A DNA stretch of 64,000 nucleotides. Origin: Lachnospiraceae bacterium (GTDB lineage: Bacteria; Bacillota; Clostridia; Lachnospirales; Lachnospiraceae). Position 1 is the first letter of the stretch. Each line of letters starts with the position of its first letter. Location: assembly GCA_014804755.1 (NCBI GenBank), contig JAAUZE010000008.1, positions 100,109 to 164,108 of the forward strand, read 5' to 3'. The position numbers and the translations under genes are program-made. The notes beneath the pieces were generated by a model. It was not told where the DNA came from. It saw only the letters and a program-made list of their open reading frames with translations, and ran no database searches. Positions 44,693 to 52,937 of this stretch are shown here, piece by piece.

Positions 44693-44970
44693 ATTACAAT
44701 GCCCTTTTATTAATTTTAGAAAGGATGTGATCTGATCAATCTAATACTACCACATAGTCCTACAATTAGATTGTGTCAATCACCAAAGCTGTTAACCAAG
44801 CTTTTACAGACTCAGGAGAAACTTAAGAAGAATGTTGTGAAAAAGCAAGAAATGTTGACGTGTGTTTGCTGTTCTTATTTATGTTGAACTGCAGGCCTTT
44901 TTCGGGTATAATTCATTCATGGCAGGAAAATAGGTTTCCGATTGGTTCGATCATGAGAGGGGGATTTCCC

Positions 44971-45213
44971 ATGAGCACTTTAGATGCAACAGTTTCCATG
45001 CTGGAAGCAATGCCGGAGGAGGCAAGAATCAAGGTTTTGGAATTTACGAAGCAGTTGTTCAACTCCAGAAAGCCGGCCAATCCGTTTGTCCCGGTCAGTC
45101 AGAGGCAGGTTCATTCCGACCTTACGGAATCACGTCAGCAGATTGCTGCCGGACAGGGATTGAATATGGAAGACGCTTTAGACAGAATGGGAAAACAGCA
45201 TGAATTCATTTGA
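44971..45213 (+). CDS. Type II antitoxin (partner of the RelE/ParE toxin)
   Basis: 80 aa with RBS GAGAGGGGG. It overlaps the toxin start by 14 nt. Confidence 0.55.
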   Translation: MSTLDATVSMLEAMPEEARIKVLEFTKQLFNSRKPANPFVPVSQRQVHSDLTESRQQIAAGQGLNMEDALDRMGKQHEFI

Positions 45214-45523
45214 TGTAATTATTTCACCAAAAGCATTGTCTCAACTGAACAGTTATGTTGATTATCTGCAATATACGCTGCTGAATGATCAGGCAGCTCG
45301 TAATGTGTGGCAGGATGCCATGGAAACACGGGATCAGCTTTCAAAAGCTGTCGAGGGTCTGAAACCCTGTTCTTATCCTCTGCTAAAAAAGAACGAATAC
45401 TGTGTCATCCATTTCATGCGGCACCGCTATCTGATGCTTTATCGGATAGAGGGATCGACCATTTATGTGGATGCGATATATCATCAGCTTCAGGACTATG
45501 AAAATATTTTTGCAGATGAATGA
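45200..45523 (+). CDS. RelE/ParE-family type II toxin
   Basis: 107 aa. The pattern ISPKALSQL...YLMLYRIEGSTIYVDAIYHQLQDY is typical of ParE/RelE-fold toxins. Confidence 0.7.
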   Translation: MNSFDVIISPKALSQLNSYVDYLQYTLLNDQAARNVWQDAMETRDQLSKAVEGLKPCSYPLLKKNEYCVIHFMRHRYLMLYRIEGSTIYVDAIYHQLQDYENIFADE

Positions 45524-45546
45524 GGCCGGTCAAAGCACAAAGGCGG

Positions 45547-45616
45547 CCCTGTCTTTTAGAGCGTACGACGGACTATGAGCAGATGACGCTCGTTTAAACA
45601 TATGGAAAAAAATACC
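45547..45616 (+). repeat. Right direct repeat (relic copy of the SRAP gene 3' end)
   Basis: It still reads in frame as PCLLERTTDYEQMTLV*, compared with PCLLERTTDYEQMTLF* in the intact gene. Confidence 0.85.
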
Positions 45617-45618
45617 GG

Positions 45619-45647
45619 TTGAAAGCAGAACGTATGTTTGCTATAAT
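45619..45647 (+). promoter_or_regulatory. Promoter with an embedded LexA (Cheo/DinR-type) box upstream of the Y-family polymerase
   Basis: TTGAAA (45619-45624), a 17-nt spacer, then TATAAT (45642-45647). The spacer contains AGAACGTATGTTTG (45627-45640), compared with the Firmicutes SOS-box consensus CGAACnnnnGTTCG. Confidence 0.6.
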
Positions 45648-45661
45648 GTGTCACACAGGAG

Positions 45662-46936
45662 GTGAACACACGTTTGAAATCAGTGATATTTCATATTGAT
45701 GTGAATGCAGCCTTCCTTAGTTGGGAGGCTGTTTATCGTCTGTATCATAAAGGAGGGACAGTGGATCTTCGCGAGATCCCTTCAGCGGTAGCGGGAGATG
45801 CAAGTCTGCGCCACGGCATTATTCTTGCCAAGTCCATACCGGCGAAGCGATATGGCATACAGACGGGCGAGAGCATACCGGAGGCAAAAAGAAAGTGTCC
45901 GGGGCTCACGCTTGCCGCGCCGAACTATAACCTGTATGAGCGCTGCTCTGCGGCGGTGATGGAGATCCTGCGGGAATACTCGGACACCGTGGAGCAGTAC
46001 AGCATTGACGAGGCATTTGTGGATATGACGCAGACCTGCCATTTGTTCGGGGAGCCGGAGCAGACTGCGGAAATGATAAAGGATCGGATTCATCGTGAAT
46101 TGGGATTTACGGTGAATGTGGGGGTGTCGGAAAACAAGCTGCTCGCTAAGATGGCGTCTGATTTTCGGAAGCCGGATAAGGTGCATACACTGTGGAAGTC
46201 GGAAATACAGAGGAAAATGTGGCCGCTCTCCGTATCGGAGCTGTTTTTTGTGGGAAGGGCGACCGCGAAAAAACTATTTTCTGTCGGGATCAGGACGATC
46301 GGGGAGCTTGCGCAGGCGGATCCGGCATATATCAAGAGCATACTCAAAAAGCAGGGAGAGATCGTGTGGGCATTTGCGAACGGGCTGGATTCTTCCCCGG
46401 TGATGAAGCAGGCTCCGGCCAACAAAGGATACGGGAACAGCACAACCACTCCTTTTGACGTGACGGATGCGCCGACAGCCAAAAAAGTGTTGTTGGCGCT
46501 GTCGGAAACGGTGGCGGCAAGGCTTCGCGCAGATGGCGTGCAGATCGGTGTGGCTGCCGTGGGGATCAAAGGAACGGATTTCTCCTACTGCTCGCACCAG
46601 CGTGTACTGCCGGTTTCCACCAATATTACGCTGGAGATTTATCAGGCGGCGTGCGGGCTGTTTGACGAGCTTTGGGGCGGGAGTCCGATCCGGCATCTGG
46701 GCGTGCATACCTCCGGCGTATGCAGAGAGAACTTCACAAGACAGATGAGCCTGTTTGACGGGGCGGACTACGAAAAGCTGGCACGACTGGATACGGCGGT
46801 GGACGCTGTTCGGGAACGGTTCGGCGCGGATGCGTTGATGAGGGCAGCCTTTTTAAATCAACCGATTGACCATATGAGCGGAGGAATCTCAAGAGAAAAG
46901 AGAGAGGCGGATTACAGCGGAATGAAACCGGAATAG
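45662..46936 (+). CDS. Y-family DNA polymerase (DinB/UmuC-like translesion polymerase)
   Basis: IFHIDVNAAFLSWE, YSIDEAFVDMT, VNVGVSENKLLAKMASDFRKPD and FFVGRATAKKL. The start codon is ambiguous (GTG 45662 or TTG 45674). Confidence 0.85.
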   Translation: MNTRLKSVIFHIDVNAAFLSWEAVYRLYHKGGTVDLREIPSAVAGDASLRHGIILAKSIPAKRYGIQTGESIPEAKRKCPGLTLAAPNYNLYERCSAAVMEILREYSDTVEQYSIDEAFVDMTQTCHLFGEPEQTAEMIKDRIHRELGFTVNVGVSENKLLAKMASDFRKPDKVHTLWKSEIQRKMWPLSVSELFFVGRATAKKLFSVGIRTIGELAQADPAYIKSILKKQGEIVWAFANGLDSSPVMKQAPANKGYGNSTTTPFDVTDAPTAKKVLLALSETVAARLRADGVQIGVAAVGIKGTDFSYCSHQRVLPVSTNITLEIYQAACGLFDELWGGSPIRHLGVHTSGVCRENFTRQMSLFDGADYEKLARLDTAVDAVRERFGADALMRAAFLNQPIDHMSGGISREKREADYSGMKPE

Positions 46937-46946
46937 GAGGTGCGCG

Positions 46947-47258
46947 ATGGCATTCGGGGCAGGAAAAGAACATCAGGACGGGCATGCAGGGCAGATACGC
47001 GGGAGGCAGCAGGAGGTTGCCTGTGAGTGCTGGTTTACCAGTACCGGGAGGCTGATACCATTGATGCTGAAGTTAAAAGACGAGGACGGAATGTGCCGAA
47101 CCGTCAGACCGATCATGGTGCATTCCGCTGAGAAAAAAATGTATGCGGGCACGCCCTTTATCGAGTTTGACTGTGAGATTGTGGTGAGGGAACAAAGGAT
47201 ACGCGTATGGCTGATCTATTATCAGAGTGAGAACCGCTGGGTGTTGAACTTCCGGTGA
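46947..47258 (+). CDS. Hypothetical protein co-transcribed with the Y-family polymerase
   Basis: AGGAGG lies 6 nt before the ATG. 103 aa; no motif recognised. Confidence 0.4.
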   Translation: MAFGAGKEHQDGHAGQIRGRQQEVACECWFTSTGRLIPLMLKLKDEDGMCRTVRPIMVHSAEKKMYAGTPFIEFDCEIVVREQRIRVWLIYYQSENRWVLNFR

Positions 47259-47277
47259 CGGTGGGAACTGTCACCGG
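47252..47277. terminator. Hairpin between convergent genes (shared terminator candidate)
   Basis: CCGGTGAC, a 10-nt loop, then GTCACCGG. It overlaps both stop codons. Confidence 0.5.
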
Positions 47278-49178
47278 AAATTTTCTTTCTTAATAAATTC
47301 AATAAATGCCTTTGCTTCCAGGGGCTTTGAGAAATAATAGCCTTGGATATAGTCGATACCCAGCTCTTCAAGCACGGTCAACTGCTCTTTTGTCTCCACG
47401 CCCTCAGAGACGACCTTTAAGTGCATATCGTGGATCATGTTCATGGCGGCGCGCAGGACGAACTTTGCTTTTTCACCCTTAAAGTATGACTGCGTCATAT
47501 CGCGGTCGAATTTCACGATCTGAACCGGCATGTCCACGATATAGTTTAAGTTCGACTGCCCGCTTCCGAAATCATCCAGCGAAAAGGACACGCCGTAATC
47601 GATTAAGCACCGCATGTTTTCAAGCAGCGTCTTTCGCGTGTTGATCGATGCGGATTCCGTGATTTCCAGATTGATGGATTCGGGAGCGATATGATGTTTT
47701 TGCATAATACTGATGTACGTGTTTGCGAGGGCCTCGCTGTCGCACTGTATGACGGAGAGGTTTGCCTCAATATATTGAATGCCGTAGTCGTTCAGATTCT
47801 GCTCTTTTATAAAACGGCAGGTTTTGTCGAATAGGATCTCGCCGACCTCGCTGATAAGCCCGGTCTCCTCCGCGATGGGGATAAAAAGTCCCGGCGGGAT
47901 GATGCTGCCGTCTTCCCTGCGGATACGCGCCAATGCCTCTGCGGATACGAATTTCTTTTCTTTTGTGGAGTAAATGGGCTGATAAAACACCTCAATCCGG
48001 TCTTCCTTTATGGCGCGCACAAGCGTGCCGAGCATTTCGTCATGCTCGCGTCGTTTTTTCACACTGTCTTCATCTATCGTTATGACAGAGTCCTCCGATG
48101 ATTCCGCACAGTGAGAACGGAAATATTTGAGAACGCCGAGCATTTCCTCTGCATTTTCTGCCACCTTGCAGGAGGGAATGAGGATGTAATTCGGCTGTAA
48201 AAATACCGGCTCCTCATCAGCGTGGTCTGTAAGCCAGCTGCGTCGAAAACGGTCGTAAATGATGCCGCAGGCGTGATAGAGTGCCTCTTTCTCTTCAAAT
48301 TCCAGTGAAAACTCCCGATCGTCCGTCTTGAACACCCGGACTTTCGGAATCCGGCGGATAAACTGTACGATCTCCGCCATGGCTTTCTCCATTTTGGCAG
48401 GCGTCATATTGTTGATGACATGCACATTTTCAAGGGAAAGAAGGATGCCGCAGCAGTCAATGTCCATGTGGTAGCGCTGTTTGATAAATTCAACAAATGC
48501 ATAGCTGTTAAAAAAACCGGTGCTCCTGTCAATGTAAATTTCAGGATTTTCAAGCTCGAAAAATAAAATGACCATTCCCATAACGCTCGCGAAACCGACC
48601 AACAAAAGCTTGCTGTTTAAGAATTGGGTCAGGGCAGCCACAATCCATATCAGCAGCCACAGACGGATGGCGCTGCGGCGTTTGGGGTTCATTGTTTTTC
48701 CGTGCAGAAAAATCTTGAGCAGCGTTGCCAGAATCAAGAGCAGCGCGCCTGCATAGGTGGCGGAGCACGCCAGACCGTGTGTGTATACAATATTGTGACC
48801 GTCATAATAAGTAGAAATGGGAAGCGCAAAGATCAGGATGCCGATCACAATGACCACAACTCCCAGTCTGCGGGTAAACTTGTCCGCCTTGACTAAATGA
48901 TGAATATCGGCGCTTGCGTAGGCAAATGCGATATAACCGGTAGTGATGAGGGAGACGAGATACGCCTTGCATTCGGTTTTCACCAGCCATATCGGGAGAT
49001 GCGCCTGATTGATGATGAGAACGATCGATAAAATATCCAGGATCAGACAAGCGATCGTAATGTAAAGCGCACGCAAAAAGAGTCTTCCGGTATACAGCCC
49101 GATGGTATGCTGGCGTTTGTAGAAATAAAGCAGCAGTAATAGAATGAATACGCCGCCTGTTTGCATCTGAATATTCAT
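47271..49178 (-). CDS. Membrane-anchored EAL-domain c-di-GMP phosphodiesterase with a degenerate GGDEF-like middle domain
   Basis: About 6 N-terminal TM helices. EAL motifs: EVFYQPI, EALARI, IEANLS, LEITES, SLDDFGSGQSNLNY, VKFDR, VVSEGVET and QGYYFSKP. No GG(D/E)EF motif was seen. Confidence 0.8.
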   Translation of the reverse strand: MNIQMQTGGVFILLLLLYFYKRQHTIGLYTGRLFLRALYITIACLILDILSIVLIINQAHLPIWLVKTECKAYLVSLITTGYIAFAYASADIHHLVKADKFTRRLGVVVIVIGILIFALPISTYYDGHNIVYTHGLACSATYAGALLLILATLLKIFLHGKTMNPKRRSAIRLWLLIWIVAALTQFLNSKLLLVGFASVMGMVILFFELENPEIYIDRSTGFFNSYAFVEFIKQRYHMDIDCCGILLSLENVHVINNMTPAKMEKAMAEIVQFIRRIPKVRVFKTDDREFSLEFEEKEALYHACGIIYDRFRRSWLTDHADEEPVFLQPNYILIPSCKVAENAEEMLGVLKYFRSHCAESSEDSVITIDEDSVKKRREHDEMLGTLVRAIKEDRIEVFYQPIYSTKEKKFVSAEALARIRREDGSIIPPGLFIPIAEETGLISEVGEILFDKTCRFIKEQNLNDYGIQYIEANLSVIQCDSEALANTYISIMQKHHIAPESINLEITESASINTRKTLLENMRCLIDYGVSFSLDDFGSGQSNLNYIVDMPVQIVKFDRDMTQSYFKGEKAKFVLRAAMNMIHDMHLKVVSEGVETKEQLTVLEELGIDYIQGYYFSKPLEAKAFIEFIKKENFR

Positions 49179-49270
49179 AGCCTGAGTAACTCTCCTCTCC
49201 GATATGACCTCATTTTACCATATTTTACATTTAGATGACAATTCCTGTCAGAGTTATTTTTATGCTGTTT

Positions 49271-49309
49271 ATGACAGGAAAAAATAACTGTGGTAGATTT
49301 TCCTGTCAT
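49271..49309. promoter_or_regulatory. 12-bp perfect inverted repeat (operator candidate) in the divergent EAL/tmk intergenic region
   Basis: ATGACAGGAAAA (49271-49282), 15 nt, then TTTTCCTGTCAT (49298-49309). A related TGACA-ATTCC-TGTCA lies at 49236-49250, and TATAAT at 49314-49319. Confidence 0.4.
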
Positions 49310-49392
49310 ACGTTATAATGAATTACATGGAGCAGCACAGATGCTGCATGTAAAAATGTTCTGACAAAGAATAGCAGGAGAACGAAACACAT

Positions 49393-50049
49393 ATGGGGAA
49401 GGTAACTGATAGCAGGGAAAACACAGGGCGGGGCAGTCTGATCGCCCTAGAGGGCATTGACGGGAGCGGAAAGAGCACACAGGCGGCGTATCTTTATGAG
49501 CGGTTAAAAAAAGAAGGCGTCTGCTGTGAGCTGACAATGGAGCCGACTGCTTCGCCGATCGGGGCGTTGATCCGGCAAATTTTGAAGGGGGAGTTTCGGA
49601 CGGACAACCGTGTGATCGCGGGGTTATTTGTTGCGGATCGTTTAGATCATTTATTAAACGAAGCGGACGGGATCGCGGCGAAGGTGGAATCCGGTACGAC
49701 CGTGATCACGGACAGATACTATTTTTCTTCCTATGCCTATAACAGTGTGGATATGCCGATGGACTGGGTCATTCAGGCAAATAAGCCGAGCAGCGCGATC
49801 CTAAGACCCGCCGTGAATCTGTTTATTGACGTTGATCCGGATGTCGCGTTGGAGAGAATCGCGAAGAACCGCCGTCATGTGGAGCTGTTTGAGACAAAGG
49901 AAAGACTGAAGCTTGTGCGGGAAAATTACAGGAAAGCGTTTCAGATGCTGGAAAATGAGGAGCGTTGTGTGATCATTGACGGAAACCGCCCACAGGAGGA
50001 GATTGCGGAGAGCGTATGGGAAGCCGTACGGGAGATCCTGTCTAAGTAG
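49393..50049 (+). CDS. tmk: Thymidylate kinase
   Basis: LIALEGIDGSGKSTQ (P-loop), DRY motif (ITDRYYFSSYAY), and about 218 aa. Confidence 0.85.
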   Translation: MGKVTDSRENTGRGSLIALEGIDGSGKSTQAAYLYERLKKEGVCCELTMEPTASPIGALIRQILKGEFRTDNRVIAGLFVADRLDHLLNEADGIAAKVESGTTVITDRYYFSSYAYNSVDMPMDWVIQANKPSSAILRPAVNLFIDVDPDVALERIAKNRRHVELFETKERLKLVRENYRKAFQMLENEERCVIIDGNRPQEEIAESVWEAVREILSK

Positions 50050-50119
50050 ACCTCTCATTGGATCAGCGATTCCCAGAGTAAAATATATAGAAACCCTGAT
50101 TGAATCCGTGTTTCCGTAA

Positions 50120-50166
50120 AAAACAGACCGACCTGGTACAATGGTGTATCGGATCGGTCTGTTTTT
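50120..50166. terminator. Rho-independent terminator (A-tract and T-tract flanked, so possibly bidirectional)
   Basis: AAAAACAGACCGA...TCGGTCTGTTTTT. Confidence 0.7.
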
Positions 50167-50269
50167 ATGTATCGGAATTTTCGTGCGCTCATTTTTTTTA
50201 TCAACAGAAACTTTCGTGCACGCGAGTTTTGCGTAGCAAAATCTCGCAAAGAATGCCTTGCATTCTTTT

Positions 50270-50701
50270 TTATTCTATCGTGGAAATCTCTTCCTGCTCC
50301 GCTGCCTTTGCCTTTTTGCGGTCAAAGGGTTTGGTTGACGGATCAGCCTGAGCGGTCGTCATGGTACACTTGCCGTCAAAGCATGCATCCTCGTCCACGA
50401 TCAAAGAGCGCGCGGTAACATTGCCGGTAACTTTTGCGGTGGAGAAAAGCTCCAGCCTGCCCTGCACGTGAATATCGCCCGTTACCCTGCCTGAAAGTGT
50501 GACATTCAGAGCCGATATATTGCCGATGATCACGCCGTCCGTGCCGAGTATGACATTTTCCTTACACGTACAGTCGCCGTTTAAGCTGCCGTCAATGCGG
50601 ATGGTTTCGGGGGCGTTGATGTTTCCGTCAAAAACGGCTCCGGCGCCGATCAGTGTGCCGACTGTCTGTGTTTTTCCAACGTCAGTATTTTTTTTTCTCA
50701 T
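50270..50701 (-). CDS. Bactofilin (polymer-forming cytoskeletal protein, DUF583)
   Basis: Repetitive beta-helix pattern: IGAGAVFDGNI...IRIDGSLNGD...VILGTDGVIIGNI...VTLSGRVTGDI...LELFSTAKVTGNV. GGGAGG RBS before the ATG at 50701. Confidence 0.8.
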   Translation of the reverse strand: MRKKNTDVGKTQTVGTLIGAGAVFDGNINAPETIRIDGSLNGDCTCKENVILGTDGVIIGNISALNVTLSGRVTGDIHVQGRLELFSTAKVTGNVTARSLIVDEDACFDGKCTMTTAQADPSTKPFDRKKAKAAEQEEISTIE

Positions 50702-50767
50702 AAATTTGTTCCTCCCTTTAGTGCATTGCATTTTGCGATGCCTGTGTTAATGTACGAAGCTCATTTT

Positions 50768-51541
50768 TTAGCCCTTGGTATCCATAATGGAGAGCGGATC
50801 GATCCATTCTTCTCCAAACAGTACCCCATAATCTAATTCCGTGCCTTCAGAAGTGATCGTGAACAGGGAATCTCCTTTATTTACCTGTGCACCTTCTTCC
50901 ACCTTCAATTCGGCATTCTGGCGGTAGAGATAGTAGGTCGTATAGCCGCTTTCATGCACGATCTCGATCATGTAGCGGTAGGTGTCATCCGAATTGATCG
51001 ACCTGACCGTGCCGTTGCCGGCTGCGATAACATCGGTTCCCGACTCAACGGTAAATGAGGTGTACGGGTGTTCATTAGAAAAGGTGGAAGTGATTACTCC
51101 CACGCCGGAGGATGGATATAAAGTGGGAACCAATGCCTCCGCCGCTTCGCGTTCCGCCGCTTCCGCCGCTTCCCGCTCGGCATCTGCGATCGCCTGCAGC
51201 TCCTGTTCCCGCAAATCCAAATCTGAGCGAACTGCAGCCAGTTCCTCCTCCAATGCCTGTTTTTCCTGTGTCCAATTATCTTTTTCGTCTTCCCATTCCG
51301 AAACAAGCCGTTCTTCCGCAAGCTGTTGTTCACGAAGCTGCTGCTGCAATCCGCTCTCGTGCTGTATCTGGGTCAGCGCCTGATAGCTGAGCCATCCGGC
51401 AGCGGCAAGGATCGTGAAAAAGAGAACAAACAACAGACGCAGCGTAGAGCGTGCAATGCGAAAACGCCGATTGCGTCTGTCTATGTTGGAGACAAAAAGT
51501 ACGGAATAGGATTCCTTGCGTTTATGTCGTCGGTTCTTCAT
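50768..51541 (-). CDS. M23/LytM-domain protein with an N-terminal TM helix and coiled coil; catalytic residues appear degenerate
   Basis: The C-terminal GTDVIAAGNGTV...IVHESGYTTYYLY...VEEGAQVNKGDSLF...WIDP follows the M23 fold pattern. The HxxxD and HxH positions read EHPYTSF and LDYGVLF. Confidence 0.65.
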   Translation of the reverse strand: MKNRRHKRKESYSVLFVSNIDRRNRRFRIARSTLRLLFVLFFTILAAAGWLSYQALTQIQHESGLQQQLREQQLAEERLVSEWEDEKDNWTQEKQALEEELAAVRSDLDLREQELQAIADAEREAAEAAEREAAEALVPTLYPSSGVGVITSTFSNEHPYTSFTVESGTDVIAAGNGTVRSINSDDTYRYMIEIVHESGYTTYYLYRQNAELKVEEGAQVNKGDSLFTITSEGTELDYGVLFGEEWIDPLSIMDTKG

Positions 51542-51821
51542 ACGCAAAACCTCCCTCGGAGTCCTGTAAGTACTCGGTACGCATATTATAGTAGCAAATC
51601 GCAAGAAAAGCAAATGGAAAATGCGTTTTAGGGGGTAGAAATTACCGCGTTTTGGTAAAATAAAGCGATGGAAAGCACTTTGCAGCGATTTTTGCTCTTG
51701 TTTTTACCGGGGAGGCACACTATAATGGGAATGCAGGAATCCGGCGTGCGGGGGCATAAAGAGCGTGTGCCGGAAAAAGAAAACCGGATTTGCGGGCAGC
51801 AGAAAGGCATGAGTATCGGTT

Positions 51822-52916
51822 ATGAAAGTAGTTTTACAGAATTTGACAAAAAAATTTCCGAACCGCAATAAAAAAGCGGGCGGCGAGGTCGTTGCAGTGG
51901 ATGATTTTTCCTTTGAAATTCCGGACGGGAAGCTTGTCGGGCTGCTCGGACCCTCGGGCTGCGGAAAAAGTACGACGCTTTTTATGATATGCGGGCTGCA
52001 AAAGCCGACAAGCGGTAAAATCTTTTTCGGCGAGGACGATGTGACGGATTTACCGCCCGAAAACAGGGGGGTCGGTGTGGTGTTCCAAAATTATGCGCTC
52101 TATCCGCATTTGACAGTCAGACAGAATATCACGTTTCCGCTGGAGAACCTCAAGGGTGAGGACAAGCTCACGAAGCAGCAGATGCAGGACAAAGCGCATG
52201 AAGCGGCAAAGCTCGTGCAGATCGAGGAATTGATGGACAGAAAGCCGAACGAGCTTTCCGGCGGTCAGCAGCAGCGCGTTGCGATCGCGCGTGCGATGGT
52301 GAAGATGCCGAAGGTGCTTTTGCTGGACGAGCCGCTTTCGAATCTCGATGCGCGCCTGCGCTTACAGACGCGGGAGGAAATTCGGCGCATTCAGCGGGAG
52401 ACGGGCATTACGACCGTGTTTGTGACGCATGATCAGGAGGAAGCGATGAGCATTTCCGATGTGATCGTCGTTATGAAGGACGGCGTAGTGCAGCAGATCG
52501 GAAAGCCGCAGGAGGTGTATGACGATCCGGTCAATTTATTTGTTGCCAAATTTTTAGGCACGCCGCCGGTCAATCTCTTTGACGGCGAGGTCAAAGCGGG
52601 AATGCTCCATATCGGTGACGACGCCGTACTGTCTGTTCCGGGCGCAGCGGACGGGGCAGTGGATGTCGGCATCCGTCCCGAGGGCTTTCTTTTAAAAGAA
52701 GACGGGGTATTATGCTGTGCGCTGACGGGAGTAGAGGTCATGGGACGCGATATCAGCGTCGTATCGACGAATCCGCATGCGCAGAGCAAGGCGATCCGCT
52801 CCATTATCAACGCGGAGAACAAGGTGGACACGGATGCAAAGGACGTCCGGTTTGCGTTAAAACCGAATAAGGTGCTTCTGTTTCAGAAAGAGACGGGAGA
52901 ACGGATTTATTTTTAA
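51822..52916 (+). CDS. Sugar ABC transporter ATP-binding protein (MalK/MsmX/UgpC-like)
   Basis: GPSGCGKST, LSGGQQQRVAIARA and LLLDEPLSNLD, plus a C-terminal regulatory (TOBE-like) domain. Confidence 0.85.
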   Translation: MKVVLQNLTKKFPNRNKKAGGEVVAVDDFSFEIPDGKLVGLLGPSGCGKSTTLFMICGLQKPTSGKIFFGEDDVTDLPPENRGVGVVFQNYALYPHLTVRQNITFPLENLKGEDKLTKQQMQDKAHEAAKLVQIEELMDRKPNELSGGQQQRVAIARAMVKMPKVLLLDEPLSNLDARLRLQTREEIRRIQRETGITTVFVTHDQEEAMSISDVIVVMKDGVVQQIGKPQEVYDDPVNLFVAKFLGTPPVNLFDGEVKAGMLHIGDDAVLSVPGAADGAVDVGIRPEGFLLKEDGVLCCALTGVEVMGRDISVVSTNPHAQSKAIRSIINAENKVDTDAKDVRFALKPNKVLLFQKETGERIYF

Positions 52917-52937
52917 TACTCAGGAAGGCAGACTAAC

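Larger units (their letters stand above)
42893..45546. mobile_element. AT-rich integrated island remnant (no recombinase retained) inserted at the 3' end of the SRAP gene
   Basis: It is bounded by the 70-bp direct repeats and is visibly AT-rich relative to the flanks. Cargo is a small membrane protein, a DUF3800 protein and a RelE/ParE toxin-antitoxin pair. Confidence 0.55.

Noticed and set aside
50222-50267. Two small hairpins (GCGAGTTTTGC…GCAAAATCTCGC and AAGAATGC-CTT-GCATTCTT) downstream of the bactofilin gene, considered as its terminator
   Set aside because: The T-tracts are on the wrong strand relative to the bactofilin gene, and one loop is only 3 nt. The 50120-50166 hairpin is a more convincing shared terminator.
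51150-51200. A short tandem repetition in DNA (GCCGCTTC-type repeats) inside the M23 gene
   Set aside because: It encodes the AEREAAEAAEREAAEA coiled-coil segment. This is coding low complexity and not a regulatory or CRISPR-like repeat.
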